Shown piece by piece: positions 50,410-60,786 of a stretch of DNA of 64,000 nucleotides. Position 1 is the stretch's first letter. Every line of letters starts with the position of its first letter. The translations under genes and the position numbers were made by a program. The stretch spans positions 13,377 through 77,376 of the forward strand of contig CBDHGK010000005.1 of NCBI GenBank assembly GCA_965263045.1, in the 5' to 3' direction. The notes under the pieces were generated by a model. That model was not told where the DNA came from and searched no databases. It saw only the letters and a program-made list of their open reading frames with translations. Source of the stretch: Terriglobia bacterium (GTDB lineage Bacteria; Acidobacteriota; Terriglobia; 20CM-2-55-15).

Positions 50410-51515
50410 CCTCTTCTGAAAACCAAGACGGTTTCCCGTTTCGTGCCACGCAGGTCTCGCCGGGATCTCCGGATATCTGGGATAACATCGTCGATCCGCT
50501 CCACCAATTTAAATTGCCGAAGTGAAGTTGAAGTAAAGACCTCAGTCAGAATACCGGCTGTATCCGTACGCGTTCCTGAGCGTGTCGCCTCCCCTACGAC
50601 AAAGATGAATGAACTCCCCATCTGCATGCCGCGGGACAGTCGAACGCACACCGCAGTCATGAGGTTCGCGTACCGCTCCACATTGGGACCGCGCAAAGAG
50701 TCTGCAGCCCCGCTGAGCGATCGCAGTAGTAGCCATATCCGGAGGCGGTTATCCCTTACGTAGTCAAGTTCATTCATATATGGCGGACTGGTTACTACCG
50801 AATTGACTACGGGTGGCAGCGGGATCTGGGTTGCGTCGCACATATGGACTCGAATCCGAGGAGCATTTGGAAACCGTGGTCTTCGGTATAGCCGACGGAC
50901 TTTCGCTTCCATTCTCGGAAGGACGTCTCTACGCTCATATAGGCTCGGAAATTCTTCTCGCGGAAATCTTTTATTCCGAAGGTATGGGACGAGGTGGCTG
51001 CTTGGAAAAGAAAGGAAGCCTGGTCGCTGATGATGCAGAATACTCAGGAGGCAAGCCATGAGAAAATAGTCACGCTGTTGAACGCACTCGTCACGGAGAG
51101 CGAGCACATCCCTAAGCGTTTCCGAGTGAAAGAACGACCGCACCCAAGAAGGCACTTGCCTAAGATCTTGATGGCTGCGACGGGCCATCGCACTTTCCCA
51201 GCGCCGTCCGAGCCGACGGAGAGCTGCGTCTTCCGATCTAGGCGCAAAGAGCTTCGCCCGAGTGAGAGTAATACCATAAGGATTGATATCGCTTGCAGCA
51301 ACGCTCCGACCTCTGATCGCAGCCTCGAACGGCACAACTCCGGATCCCGCAAACGGATCAACGACCATCCCACCCGGGTCTGTGTACTGCTCAATCAAGT
51401 ACTGGGCGATGGTAGTCTTCATTCGACCAATGTAAGGAGCGATCTGCTGGAAGGTACTGTCGGTTCTTGTCGTTGCCTCTTTGGACCATGGGATCGCAGC
51501 GACCTTTTCAGTCAT
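50406..51515 (-). CDS. DNA amino-methyltransferase (SPPY type, probably N4-cytosine)
   Basis: PYIGRM, motif I VVDPFAGSG, DINPY, motif IV TSPPY; GGAAGG RBS before ATG at 51515. Confidence 0.9.
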   Translation of the reverse strand: MTEKVAAIPWSKEATTRTDSTFQQIAPYIGRMKTTIAQYLIEQYTDPGGMVVDPFAGSGVVPFEAAIRGRSVAASDINPYGITLTRAKLFAPRSEDAALRRLGRRWESAMARRSHQDLRQVPSWVRSFFHSETLRDVLALRDECVQQRDYFLMACLLSILHHQRPGFLSFPSSHLVPYLRNKRFPREEFPSLYERRDVLPRMEAKVRRLYRRPRFPNAPRIRVHMCDATQIPLPPVVNSVVTSPPYMNELDYVRDNRLRIWLLLRSLSGAADSLRGPNVERYANLMTAVCVRLSRGMQMGSSFIFVVGEATRSGTRTDTAGILTEVFTSTSLRQFKLVERIDDVIPDIRRSRRDLRGTKRETVLVFRRG

Positions 51516-51630
51516 TGTCCGCCTTCCAAGGAAACCTATCTGAGACCTGTCGATGAGGAGACACTCCCGCTGGGATCGACAGCCTTCACAACGACCGCAA
51601 GGTACACACGTTGATCCAGCAGATCGTTCG

Positions 51631-51900
51631 TGTAAGTCCTCAGTGGTCACTTCAAAACCGGCCAACGGGGATGGCCCGGGACGGTGTTGTTCTACCTCTT
51701 TTGGACCGGACTCGGCAAGCCCGTTTTAGTCCTCCAACTCCGAGGGCCGCATTTGAGGATGTGGCCGTGATGGAGCAGCCGGTCCAGCATCGCGGTAACA
51801 GCAGCGCTGTCGCCGAGTAGTTTTCCCCAATCTTCGACCGGCCGATTCGATGTCAGTAGCGTACTGGTCCGTTCATAGCGTCGCATCACGATCTGAAGGA
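51631..51900 (-). mobile_element. istB: IS21-family remnant: istB 3' end and terminus
   Basis: RRYERTSTLLTSNRPVEDWG..AMLDRLLHH; end TGTAAGTCCTCAGTGGTCACTTCAAAACCGGCCA. Confidence 0.85.
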
Positions 51901-51977
51901 GTTCCTCTGGTTACTCTCATACTCGGCCATGCCGACCAGCATATGGCGGAATATCTTCGCTGAAGCACTGTCGCCCG

Positions 51978-52190
51978 TCAGATGCCCGTCTCGTACCGAG
52001 ATGTAGTCGATCTTGCGCTCGTCCTGGTCCTCAAGAAGACCAGTAGCTGGTGGGCGCGCCGACCCATCCGGTCGTTGCGCCAGACGACGACAGTTCCTAC
52101 CTTGCCGGCGATGATGTCCCGTTCGAGCCGCCCAAGAGCTGGACGGTCCAGGGAGCGGCCGCTCTGGGGCTCACGGAAACCCCAAAGAAT
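51978..52190 (-). pseudogene. Serine recombinase fragment
   Basis: SGRSLDRPALGRL..VGTVVVWRNDRMGR. Confidence 0.7.
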
Positions 52191-52299
52191 CAGGACACAG
52201 CCCAATCACTTCAACAAACCCTTCAAGTCGGACACTGCCTGATCGCTCCAGGTCCAGCAGGCCTTAGCGTTGGATTTTGCACCGTTGCTATCGTAAGCC

Positions 52300-52480
52300 C
52301 TAGTAGAGGGATTCGTCGTGGTCGCTGTCGTTGGTGGCGACAAGGCGGCGCTGGCGCGGGAGATGCATGGCTGGGTCGTGCATCAGGCGTTTGATCTTCA
52401 TGTGCTTCATGATCCAGCCGCGATCCCTCAGCGCCGCATGCATGCGGCACCAGCCATAGGCGGCGGGATCGCTTCGATTA
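52300..52480 (-). pseudogene. Degenerate IS3-family OrfB fragment
   Basis: AYGWCRMHAALRDRGW..RRLVATNDSDHD. Confidence 0.65.
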
Positions 52481-52603
52481 CTTATTGGGCGCTGGCAATG
52501 GGGATAGTCCAAGTTCCTTCAGAAACACGTTGTGCTTGGCCGTTGACTCCCGAATCTGCTTCTCGATTTCGACCAACTCCTTGGGCGTGGCCGACAGATC
52601 GAT
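52478..52603 (-). pseudogene. hsdM: Type I RM methyltransferase (HsdM) C-terminal remnant
   Basis: IDLSAT.KELVEIEKQIRESTAKHNVFLKELGLSPLP matches the typical HsdM tail. Confidence 0.6.
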
Positions 52604-52966
52604 CGTGGCTCCGGTGGAATCGATGGCGCGGTAGAGGTAGCACCAACGGCCCTTGACACGAACGTAGGTCTCATCCACACGCCAGGACTTATTGGTTGGC
52701 TTGAGATGACGGCGCAAGCGCTCCTCCAGTTCCGGACCGTAGCGCTGGACCCAGCGCCAGATTGTCGTGTGGTCCGCTTCCAGGCCGCGCTCGTTGAGCA
52801 GCTCTTCGACATCGCGGAACGAGAGTGAGTGCCGTAGGTGCCAGCGCACAGCGCAAAGAATCAGCTCGGGCTCGGTTTGTCGCCACTTGAAGATCGCCGG
52901 TCGGATTGTCTTTTTCATGGTCTCTTCAGGTTACCAGGCACCGTCGGCCAAAGTTGCAACACAACC
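52598..52966 (-). mobile_element. IS6-family element, 5' half with terminal repeat
   Basis: FKWRQTEPELILCAVRW..WRVDETYVRVKGRWCYLYRAID; end GGTTGTGTTGCAACTTT at 52966. Confidence 0.9.
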
Positions 52967-53029
52967 CCTCTAAGTCATTAATTCCTAGTCTCGGCTTCAG
53001 CAGATTCCGCCCACAAACCGGGCGAATTC

Positions 53030-53048
53030 TGCTTAAGTTGACAGTACC
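53030..53048. mobile_element. Isolated IS6-type end
   Basis: AAGTTGACAGTACC, the same terminus as the MITEs. Confidence 0.5.
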
Positions 53049-53221
53049 ACTACGAGGCCCCTTTCATTTATAGCATTAAAGCATTAATGCTATATCTTGC
53101 CATCCTGCCTCCGTCGAAAATGGACTTGTAATGCCAAATATTTGTATTAACATGGTGTTACAGCTGTGGAGCATCAATGCCACCTAGCATTCTCACGACA
53201 AGGCGATATGGGGATAATGCT

Positions 53222-54097
53222 ATGACAATCGCGAACAGAAAGACACACATCATCGCAGTCGGCAATCAAAAGGGGGGAGTAGGGAAGACCACCAACACCG
53301 TGCACATCGCAACGGCGCTCGGCGAGCTTGGCCGTCAAAGCCTGATTTGGGACCTCGACATGAACCATGGCGCAACACGCCATTTCGGAATCGAAGGCAA
53401 TGCGTATCTCGGTTCCTTCGAAGTGCTCATCGGAGACGAGGCTCCAGAAAACGTCATCATGGACGGAAGCAACCAGGAAGTTGATCTACCCAAGGGTGTG
53501 CACCTGCTGCCAGCGAACCGCAAGCTTGAGCAGATTGACGATACGCTTACATCGAAAAACAAGTTCATCATCAAGCACCAGGTGCTCATCGAGCCTCTCA
53601 AACGCCTGAGAGGCAGATACGATTACATCTTTTTGGATACGGCGCCGAATGCAACAACCCCGACAATAGCAGCCTACTTTGCGGCAGAGTGGTTCCTGCT
53701 GACCGCTATTCCAGACCCGTTTGCGATAGAAGGGTTGAACGACGCGCTGCAGGACATCGCAAGCGTGAGAGAGCACGGAAACCCAGATATCACGGTCCTC
53801 GGGGTAGTGCTGACAACCGTGAATCGACGCACTCGACTCGGCCAAACGCTTGCCGAGTATGTCGAGCAGACTTTTACACTACCAAGCGGGTTGTGTCTCA
53901 AATTCGAGACCGAGATAGGGCGCTCAACCATTATTCCAACAGCTCAGAAGATTGGAAAAACAGTATTTCAAACTGAACCGACTCACAAAGTCACAGAGCA
54001 GTATCGAGAGCTTGCACGGGAATTCGAAGCGCAGTTTGAAAAACTGAAGCCACTACTAGATGAAGAGTATCAAGCCTCGACGGTGGCCAACACTTAA
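53222..54097 (+). CDS. parA: ParA/Soj partition ATPase
   Basis: NQKGGVGKTT, DLDMN, YDYIFLDTAP. Confidence 0.95.
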   Translation: MTIANRKTHIIAVGNQKGGVGKTTNTVHIATALGELGRQSLIWDLDMNHGATRHFGIEGNAYLGSFEVLIGDEAPENVIMDGSNQEVDLPKGVHLLPANRKLEQIDDTLTSKNKFIIKHQVLIEPLKRLRGRYDYIFLDTAPNATTPTIAAYFAAEWFLLTAIPDPFAIEGLNDALQDIASVREHGNPDITVLGVVLTTVNRRTRLGQTLAEYVEQTFTLPSGLCLKFETEIGRSTIIPTAQKIGKTVFQTEPTHKVTEQYRELAREFEAQFEKLKPLLDEEYQASTVANT

Positions 54098-54114
54098 CTG
54101 CGGGGAAGTAAGCC

Positions 54115-54582
54115 ATGGCAAAACGCGCACCAGAAGGGGAAAGAGACTTCAATCCGATCCAGGCAACCCTGGTACATGCGGCAGCTGGCCCAGCACGGTC
54201 GACGATTCAAGCTGTTCGGCCCCAGGAACCCCTGCCCGTGACGGATAATGACGGGACAGTTGCTGCAGACTTGCCGGTAGCTGCACCAATAAAGGCACCA
54301 CGTCAACAACGCTTCCTGCTGTCGTGGAAAGACGAGCAGGCACTCGGCGCGTTGACACACGACCTATCTGTGGCTGTGGGCACACCTGTCAAGCTCTCAA
54401 ACGTGCTCCGTTCCTGCGTTCTGCTCATTCGACACTCCGAGGTGGAAATCGTTCGAAACGCCGGTAGAACAGATCCACTCATACGTCCTGCCAACAACGA
54501 CCAAGCAGCTCTGGCGGTGTTCGAACATCGAATCGCACAGGTCTTTCAGGAAGGTTTTCGAGAGGCAAAACGCCTCACGTAA
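54115..54582 (+). CDS. Putative type Ib partition partner (RHH-like DNA-binding protein)
   Basis: Directly downstream of parA with GGGGAAG RBS; unstructured N-terminus followed by a QQRFLLS strand-helix-helix. Confidence 0.6.
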   Translation: MAKRAPEGERDFNPIQATLVHAAAGPARSTIQAVRPQEPLPVTDNDGTVAADLPVAAPIKAPRQQRFLLSWKDEQALGALTHDLSVAVGTPVKLSNVLRSCVLLIRHSEVEIVRNAGRTDPLIRPANNDQAALAVFEHRIAQVFQEGFREAKRLT

Positions 54583-54829
54583 GAATGCTACATGATTCTC
54601 AATAGATCCCGCTGTTTCAGATAGTTATCCTTGATTCCGGGTGGCTTCTCGGGGACCGTTGCAGGTAGTTTGGCCAGCGACAATCGGGATTGTCGCTGGC
54701 CAGTAGTTCTTCCACTTCGTCTTCAGAAGCGCGGAGTTGCGAACGCCCGATGGTTAAAAGCAGTCGCTACTACTCCGACGCGGCTGGGCCTTGAGATCAT
54801 TTCATCGAACTGCCCGCAGTCATGTTCTT

Positions 54830-55059
54830 TGTCACCGTCGAAGGGGATGGCATGATCGTGGCTTTGATGCCGACGGGGGCGAGGGGCGTAGGCGTTGCGG
54901 GTGTGTGGGTTCCGGATATGGGCAGTGAAGAACACGATGATCCGGCGCTCGGCGACGGGGTCGGGCGCCAGAAGCGCTGGAGTCGATCCGCGCCACCGGC
55001 AGTGCGGTGGCGGAGCCGCGGGTAGCCGGCAGGTCCTTGGATGAATCAGTGCCCATCAT
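54830..55059 (-). pseudogene. Tyrosine recombinase N-terminal remnant
   Basis: VAERRIIVFFTAHIRNPHTRNAYA, frameshifted and truncated. Confidence 0.7.
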
Positions 55060-55169
55060 ATGAATGATAATTTCCTTTATCGTTCATATGCGGGCGGGAA
55101 CGCCTCTATTCGGAAAATCATATAATGCCGGATCGCTCCCTTACGTGGAGTATAATCGGAGCCCGCACG

Positions 55170-55466
55170 ATACCTTCCAAACCCACATGATTTCACCGAC
55201 TTCCATAGATTATCTGGGTTCTCCGCAGCATGGACGCCAGCCACGTCGACCGCCTGGCGGTCGAGAAACTGTTCGGCGTGGGGGAGCGCCGCGCCCGACA
55301 GATCATGACCAGTCTGGCTGGCCTGGGGTTCGGCAAGGCCGGCGCGGTGTCGGTTCGCGCCCTGATCGCGCGGGCAGAAGACTCTGCGGGCAATAGTTCC
55401 GATCGGAGAGGTGTCTCTTGGTTTTTCAAGGGATTCTGTCCGGAACGCTTTGAAGGGCTACACTGA
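55170..55466 (+). pseudogene. Integrase-associated hypothetical protein with premature stops
   Basis: KPT*FHRLP*IIWVLRSMDASHVDRLAVEKLFGVGERRARQIM. Confidence 0.5.
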
Positions 55467-55979
55467 AGAAGGAGATATCGAACGCTGATAAAGCACTGGA
55501 AGAATGTTCGGGACAGGAAAGGAAGCTTGATAGAGCCGGAGAATCAAATCAAGGGGAGGTAAGGATGCGGTTACCAGAAGAAGCCAATCGCTGGAAGAGC
55601 GACGGACGGACGATCGAACTCGATTTGAACGACCCGTCGGTGGCTCAAAGCGACACGCCGGGCAAGAAGCCGATGGGCTCCGGTTCGCCGAGTGGCTCCG
55701 CTCGAACGGTTGGACAGTATCGACATAGCACGGCGACCCGCTGCAGACCGGGGGCAGGACTGCGGAGCAGGAAGAGTCTGTGGCAAACATGGAGCTATTG
55801 CTCCTGGATGAGTTTGTCCACTCAGATTGCGTGTATTAGGTAAACCCGGCCCTCCGCGTGGGTCCGGGAACCGCTTGGCGTGCTCAATGATGATGAAGTT
55901 TTCTAAGGGAGGTTCAATGAGCCGATCACCACTACGCCATACTCTTCTTCTGCCAAGCAGGAAGCGCAGGTGCAAATAG

Positions 55980-57113
55980 TTGCCTATTACGTTTATCCAC
56001 ACAGCCGACTGGCAGTTGGGTAAGCCCTTTGGATCAATTGGGGGCGACACAGCAGCCCTCCTTCGTGAAGAGCGCTTCGAAACAGTAAAGCGCATTGCGT
56101 CGCTGGCAACTACGCGTGCAGTGGACGCTGTCCTTGTTGCCGGCGATGTATTCGACAGCGTCACGGTGCCGGAACAGATCGTTCGGCGGGCACTAGAGGC
56201 AATGAAGGCCTTCGCTGGCCCGTGGGTCTTGCTTCCAGGCAATCATGACCCCGGGATCTCTGAGAGTCCCTGGACGCGGATCGAGCGCATTGGGCGGCCT
56301 GACAACGTTATCTGCGCCCTCGCACCCGATCCGGTTCTGCTCGCTGACGGAAAGCTCGCTATTCTGCCTGCGCCGCTTACGCGGAAGCATGAGGCGGATG
56401 ATGTCACACAGTGGATGGACACAGCTGGAACTCCACCTGACTCGATCCGAGTCGGGCTAGCTCATGGTTCTATCTCCAATCGGCTTCCCGAAGGCGACGA
56501 TCAGAACCTCATTTCCGACGACCGCGCTGAGACGGCTACTCTCGACTACCTCGCACTTGGCGATTGGCACGGCACCGTAGAGATCGCTCCCAAAACCTGG
56601 TACAGCGGAACACCTGAGCCCGACCGGTTTCCAAGGAACGAGCCAGGAAATGTGCTTGTTGTCACGATCGACGGCAGGGGCGCTACTCCAGGCGTTGAAA
56701 AGGTTGCCGTCGGCCGCTTCCAATGGCGTAGTTGCAAGGTCGAGTGCGGGGTCAGCGGCGAGGAAGATCCAGCGTTGGGTATTGAGGGCGTCATCGGGAG
56801 TGTTGCGGATCGCCCGACCGATATGCTTGTCCACCTTACTGTGTCAGGTACCGTGGACCTCGCCGGTCGCCGACGGATAGACATTTGCCTCGACACTTGG
56901 CAGGCTAGGCTCAGGTATCTCCACCGCGATCTCGATGAACTTGTCGACGAGCCCAGCCCCGATGACCTGGATATGATTGACCGCAGTGGTTTCGTTCGCG
57001 CCGCCGTTGATCGGCTCAAGTCCAAAGCTGACAATCCAGCCGATCCAGAGAGGGACGTTGCCCGAACGGCCCTGAGACTCCTTTACATTGTGCACGTCGA
57101 GGCAGGGAACTGA
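55980..57113 (+). CDS. Mre11/SbcD-like metallophosphoesterase nuclease
   Basis: HTADWQLG, VAGDVFD, LPGNHD, AHG, ALGDWH, YSGTPE. Confidence 0.95.
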   Translation: MPITFIHTADWQLGKPFGSIGGDTAALLREERFETVKRIASLATTRAVDAVLVAGDVFDSVTVPEQIVRRALEAMKAFAGPWVLLPGNHDPGISESPWTRIERIGRPDNVICALAPDPVLLADGKLAILPAPLTRKHEADDVTQWMDTAGTPPDSIRVGLAHGSISNRLPEGDDQNLISDDRAETATLDYLALGDWHGTVEIAPKTWYSGTPEPDRFPRNEPGNVLVVTIDGRGATPGVEKVAVGRFQWRSCKVECGVSGEEDPALGIEGVIGSVADRPTDMLVHLTVSGTVDLAGRRRIDICLDTWQARLRYLHRDLDELVDEPSPDDLDMIDRSGFVRAAVDRLKSKADNPADPERDVARTALRLLYIVHVEAGN

Positions 57114-57116
57114 GGC

Positions 57117-59792
57117 ATGCAGATCCGGAGCATCGAGATCGCGGCCTTTCGATGCTTTAGGGACCGCATCCTAATCGACAACATCGATGATGGGATTACC
57201 CTGCTGGTTGGCGACAACGAAGAGGGGAAGTCGACCGTGCTTGCTGCACTGCAGACGGTCCTTTTTGAGAAACACACTGTCGGCGGGACCGTAGCCGCCG
57301 CCATGCTCCCATATAGCTCGAAGGTGCGGCCCGAAATTACTCTCCAGTTCGACCACGACGGTGTCCATTATCGTCTTTCGAAAGCCTTTTGCCAAAAGCC
57401 GATAGCTGAGCTCGAAGCTGAAACGGGAACTCGCTGGACCGGGGATGCCGCAGAAGACCAGCTTCGGGACATGCTGGAATTCACACCCCCGCCCAGGGGC
57501 GGGGCAAAGCCCGAACACCGTGGCCTCCAAACCTTGTTCTGGGTCGAACAAGGTTTGGCGTTTGCACAACCACAAATCAACGACACGTCCCATATCAGTC
57601 TTGCTGGAGCGCTGGAAGCCGAGATTGGAACCGTTACCGGCGGGGAGCGGGGCCGGACGCTTATCAAGCGTGTTGAAAGTCGAGTGAGCGAGATGTTCAC
57701 TCCAAAGACCAGGAAGCCGACTGGAGAGTACAAGGGTGCCATCGACCGGGCGACAAAGGCCCTTGCTCACCGCAATGAAATCGCCGACAGACTCAAGAAC
57801 TTCGAAGACAAGGTCGCTACATTAACGGAGGCGCGCCAACGCCTCGCCCAACTCGAGGTGGACGATCCCGTCGGTACCGCAGAGAAGCGTCTCACCGCAG
57901 CCCAGGAGGCTGTCCGCAATATCGAAGGCTTTGAAAGCCAGTTGCAAACAGCCGAAGCGCAACTCAAGACCACCCAATCGGAGTACGAACTGGCAAAGAC
58001 GCGGTTGGAGCGGCGACAGGAGAGCCGCAAGGAAGTCGAGCACGCAGATCTAACATTAGTGGAACGCAGAGCGGCAGAGTTGCAAGCCAAGGAGGCTGTC
58101 AACGACGCCCAGACGACTCACAACAAAGCAGCCGCCGCACATCAAGAGGCGAAAGTGGCCTTGGATAGCAAAAGAGAATTGACGGCAGCCGCCCGTCGAT
58201 TGGCGGATTCGATTCGCAAGAGCGAGGAACTCGTCGCAACGCAGGAACGCTTTAAGAAAGCGCAAGCCGCCGATGAGGTTGCAACCACCCTGATGGCGAA
58301 AGCTAAAGCGAGTGCTTTCACATCGACGGCTCTCGAGGAGCTACGGCGCATTGAGATCGAAGCTCGCGAGGAACGCGTCCGACTTAACGTTATCGCCACG
58401 CTACTCGAACTCACTCCTGACGAAGGCAGGAGTGCCACGATTCAGGGTAAAGCGATCGAGTCGGATGCACTCACACTTACCGAGCCAACCGACATTGATC
58501 TCAACGGATATGGAACGATCCGGGTAATACCCGGCGGTGAAGACCTGTTGATCCGCCGCGATGCGGCGGCTACCGCAGCATCAAAGCTGCAGCTCGCACT
58601 GGATAGCTATGACATAGCCAGCGTCCAGGTCGCAGCCGCACACGCCAACGACCGTGAGACATGGCTCAACGAAGCGGCTATACATGGCACGATAGCTGAG
58701 GCCCATGCGCCTGAAGGTCTGGATGAGCTACGCAACCATGTTGCGACCCTCCAGGCGGCAGTCGATAGCTTCCTGGAAGACGTCAATGTGGCAGATATTC
58801 GCAGAATGACGTCAGTTGAAGCGACTCACCGGGCCAACGAACTGGGGCGTACACTCAGCGAAGTGGAGGTGGTTGAACGTTCCGCGTCAGACACTCTAAA
58901 GGATGCGGAGGGGGCGCTGAAAGAGGCGAAGCATTCGCTTGCAGCCATAACTGTTCAACGAGAGACTGCGGAGAATCAGTCCAATGATCTTCGCCAAGCG
59001 CTTGACAAGGCCGTGGCCGAATATACGGACGACCAATTAGTGCAAGAGCTCCGTAAATCGACGGACTCCCAACAGGCCGCTCAGGAAGCGGTCGATGGGT
59101 TGAAGAAGGCACTCTCGGAGAGCGATCCTACCGGAACTCGTCGGGAGTTAGAGGCTGCGAAGGCGGCTCGTATCAATGTCGAGGCGAATCTCCGTGAAAA
59201 AAGCCGTCAAGTCGATGGCCTGACAATAGAACTTCGCACACTTGGGAAGGACGACGCGGCCGGTGAAATGGAGATAGCAGAGGGTGAGCTTGTACGTGCC
59301 GAAAACCTGAAGGGGAGGCTGAGTCATCAGGCAGACGCGCTCGCCCTTCTCTTGGACACTCTTCTGGAAGAAGAGGAAATCGCACGCGAGACGTTCCTTG
59401 CCCCCGTTAGCGATCGCGTCCAACCCTATCTCAAACGCCTGCTCCCGAATGCTGCGCTCCTGCTGGACGATCAGACACTTCGAATCACTCATCTGCGCCG
59501 TGAAGGTATGGACGAACCCTACGAGCGCCTCAGTATCGGCACGCGGGAGCAACTCGCTGTGTTGGCTAGGTTGGCGTTTGCAGACTTGCTGTATCAGTAC
59601 GGTAAGAAATCACCAATCATTCTTGATGATGCGCTGGTGTTCTCAGACGACCAAAGGTTTGAAGCGATGCAGCGCATTCTTGATGGCGCGGCCGAGAGGT
59701 TGCAGATCATAGTGCTGACATGCCATGAACGTGCCTACTTCGATCGTGGCTGGACGACGAAAAGGGTTCAGGTTTCCCAAGGGCGAGTTTGA
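57117..59792 (+). CDS. Rad50/SbcC/YhaN-like SMC-type ATPase
   Basis: Walker A GDNEEGKST, long coiled coil, LSIGTREQ signature, Walker B IILDDALV, LTCH. Confidence 0.9.
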   Translation: MQIRSIEIAAFRCFRDRILIDNIDDGITLLVGDNEEGKSTVLAALQTVLFEKHTVGGTVAAAMLPYSSKVRPEITLQFDHDGVHYRLSKAFCQKPIAELEAETGTRWTGDAAEDQLRDMLEFTPPPRGGAKPEHRGLQTLFWVEQGLAFAQPQINDTSHISLAGALEAEIGTVTGGERGRTLIKRVESRVSEMFTPKTRKPTGEYKGAIDRATKALAHRNEIADRLKNFEDKVATLTEARQRLAQLEVDDPVGTAEKRLTAAQEAVRNIEGFESQLQTAEAQLKTTQSEYELAKTRLERRQESRKEVEHADLTLVERRAAELQAKEAVNDAQTTHNKAAAAHQEAKVALDSKRELTAAARRLADSIRKSEELVATQERFKKAQAADEVATTLMAKAKASAFTSTALEELRRIEIEAREERVRLNVIATLLELTPDEGRSATIQGKAIESDALTLTEPTDIDLNGYGTIRVIPGGEDLLIRRDAAATAASKLQLALDSYDIASVQVAAAHANDRETWLNEAAIHGTIAEAHAPEGLDELRNHVATLQAAVDSFLEDVNVADIRRMTSVEATHRANELGRTLSEVEVVERSASDTLKDAEGALKEAKHSLAAITVQRETAENQSNDLRQALDKAVAEYTDDQLVQELRKSTDSQQAAQEAVDGLKKALSESDPTGTRRELEAAKAARINVEANLREKSRQVDGLTIELRTLGKDDAAGEMEIAEGELVRAENLKGRLSHQADALALLLDTLLEEEEIARETFLAPVSDRVQPYLKRLLPNAALLLDDQTLRITHLRREGMDEPYERLSIGTREQLAVLARLAFADLLYQYGKKSPIILDDALVFSDDQRFEAMQRILDGAAERLQIIVLTCHERAYFDRGWTTKRVQVSQGRV

Positions 59793-60770
<978 letters not shown>

Positions 60771-60786
60771 GTTAATCGATTCTGCA

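Noticed and set aside
46952-51515. Calling the operon BREX/Pgl or a type II RM system
   Set aside because: No PglZ, BrxC-type partner set or large PglX, and no recognisable endonuclease.
51516-51665. Cys-rich N-terminal extension (CVPCGRCEGC) on the methyltransferase
   Set aside because: The ORF-track start lies inside the IS21 end. An RBS supports ATG at 51515, and another frame looks more protein-like.
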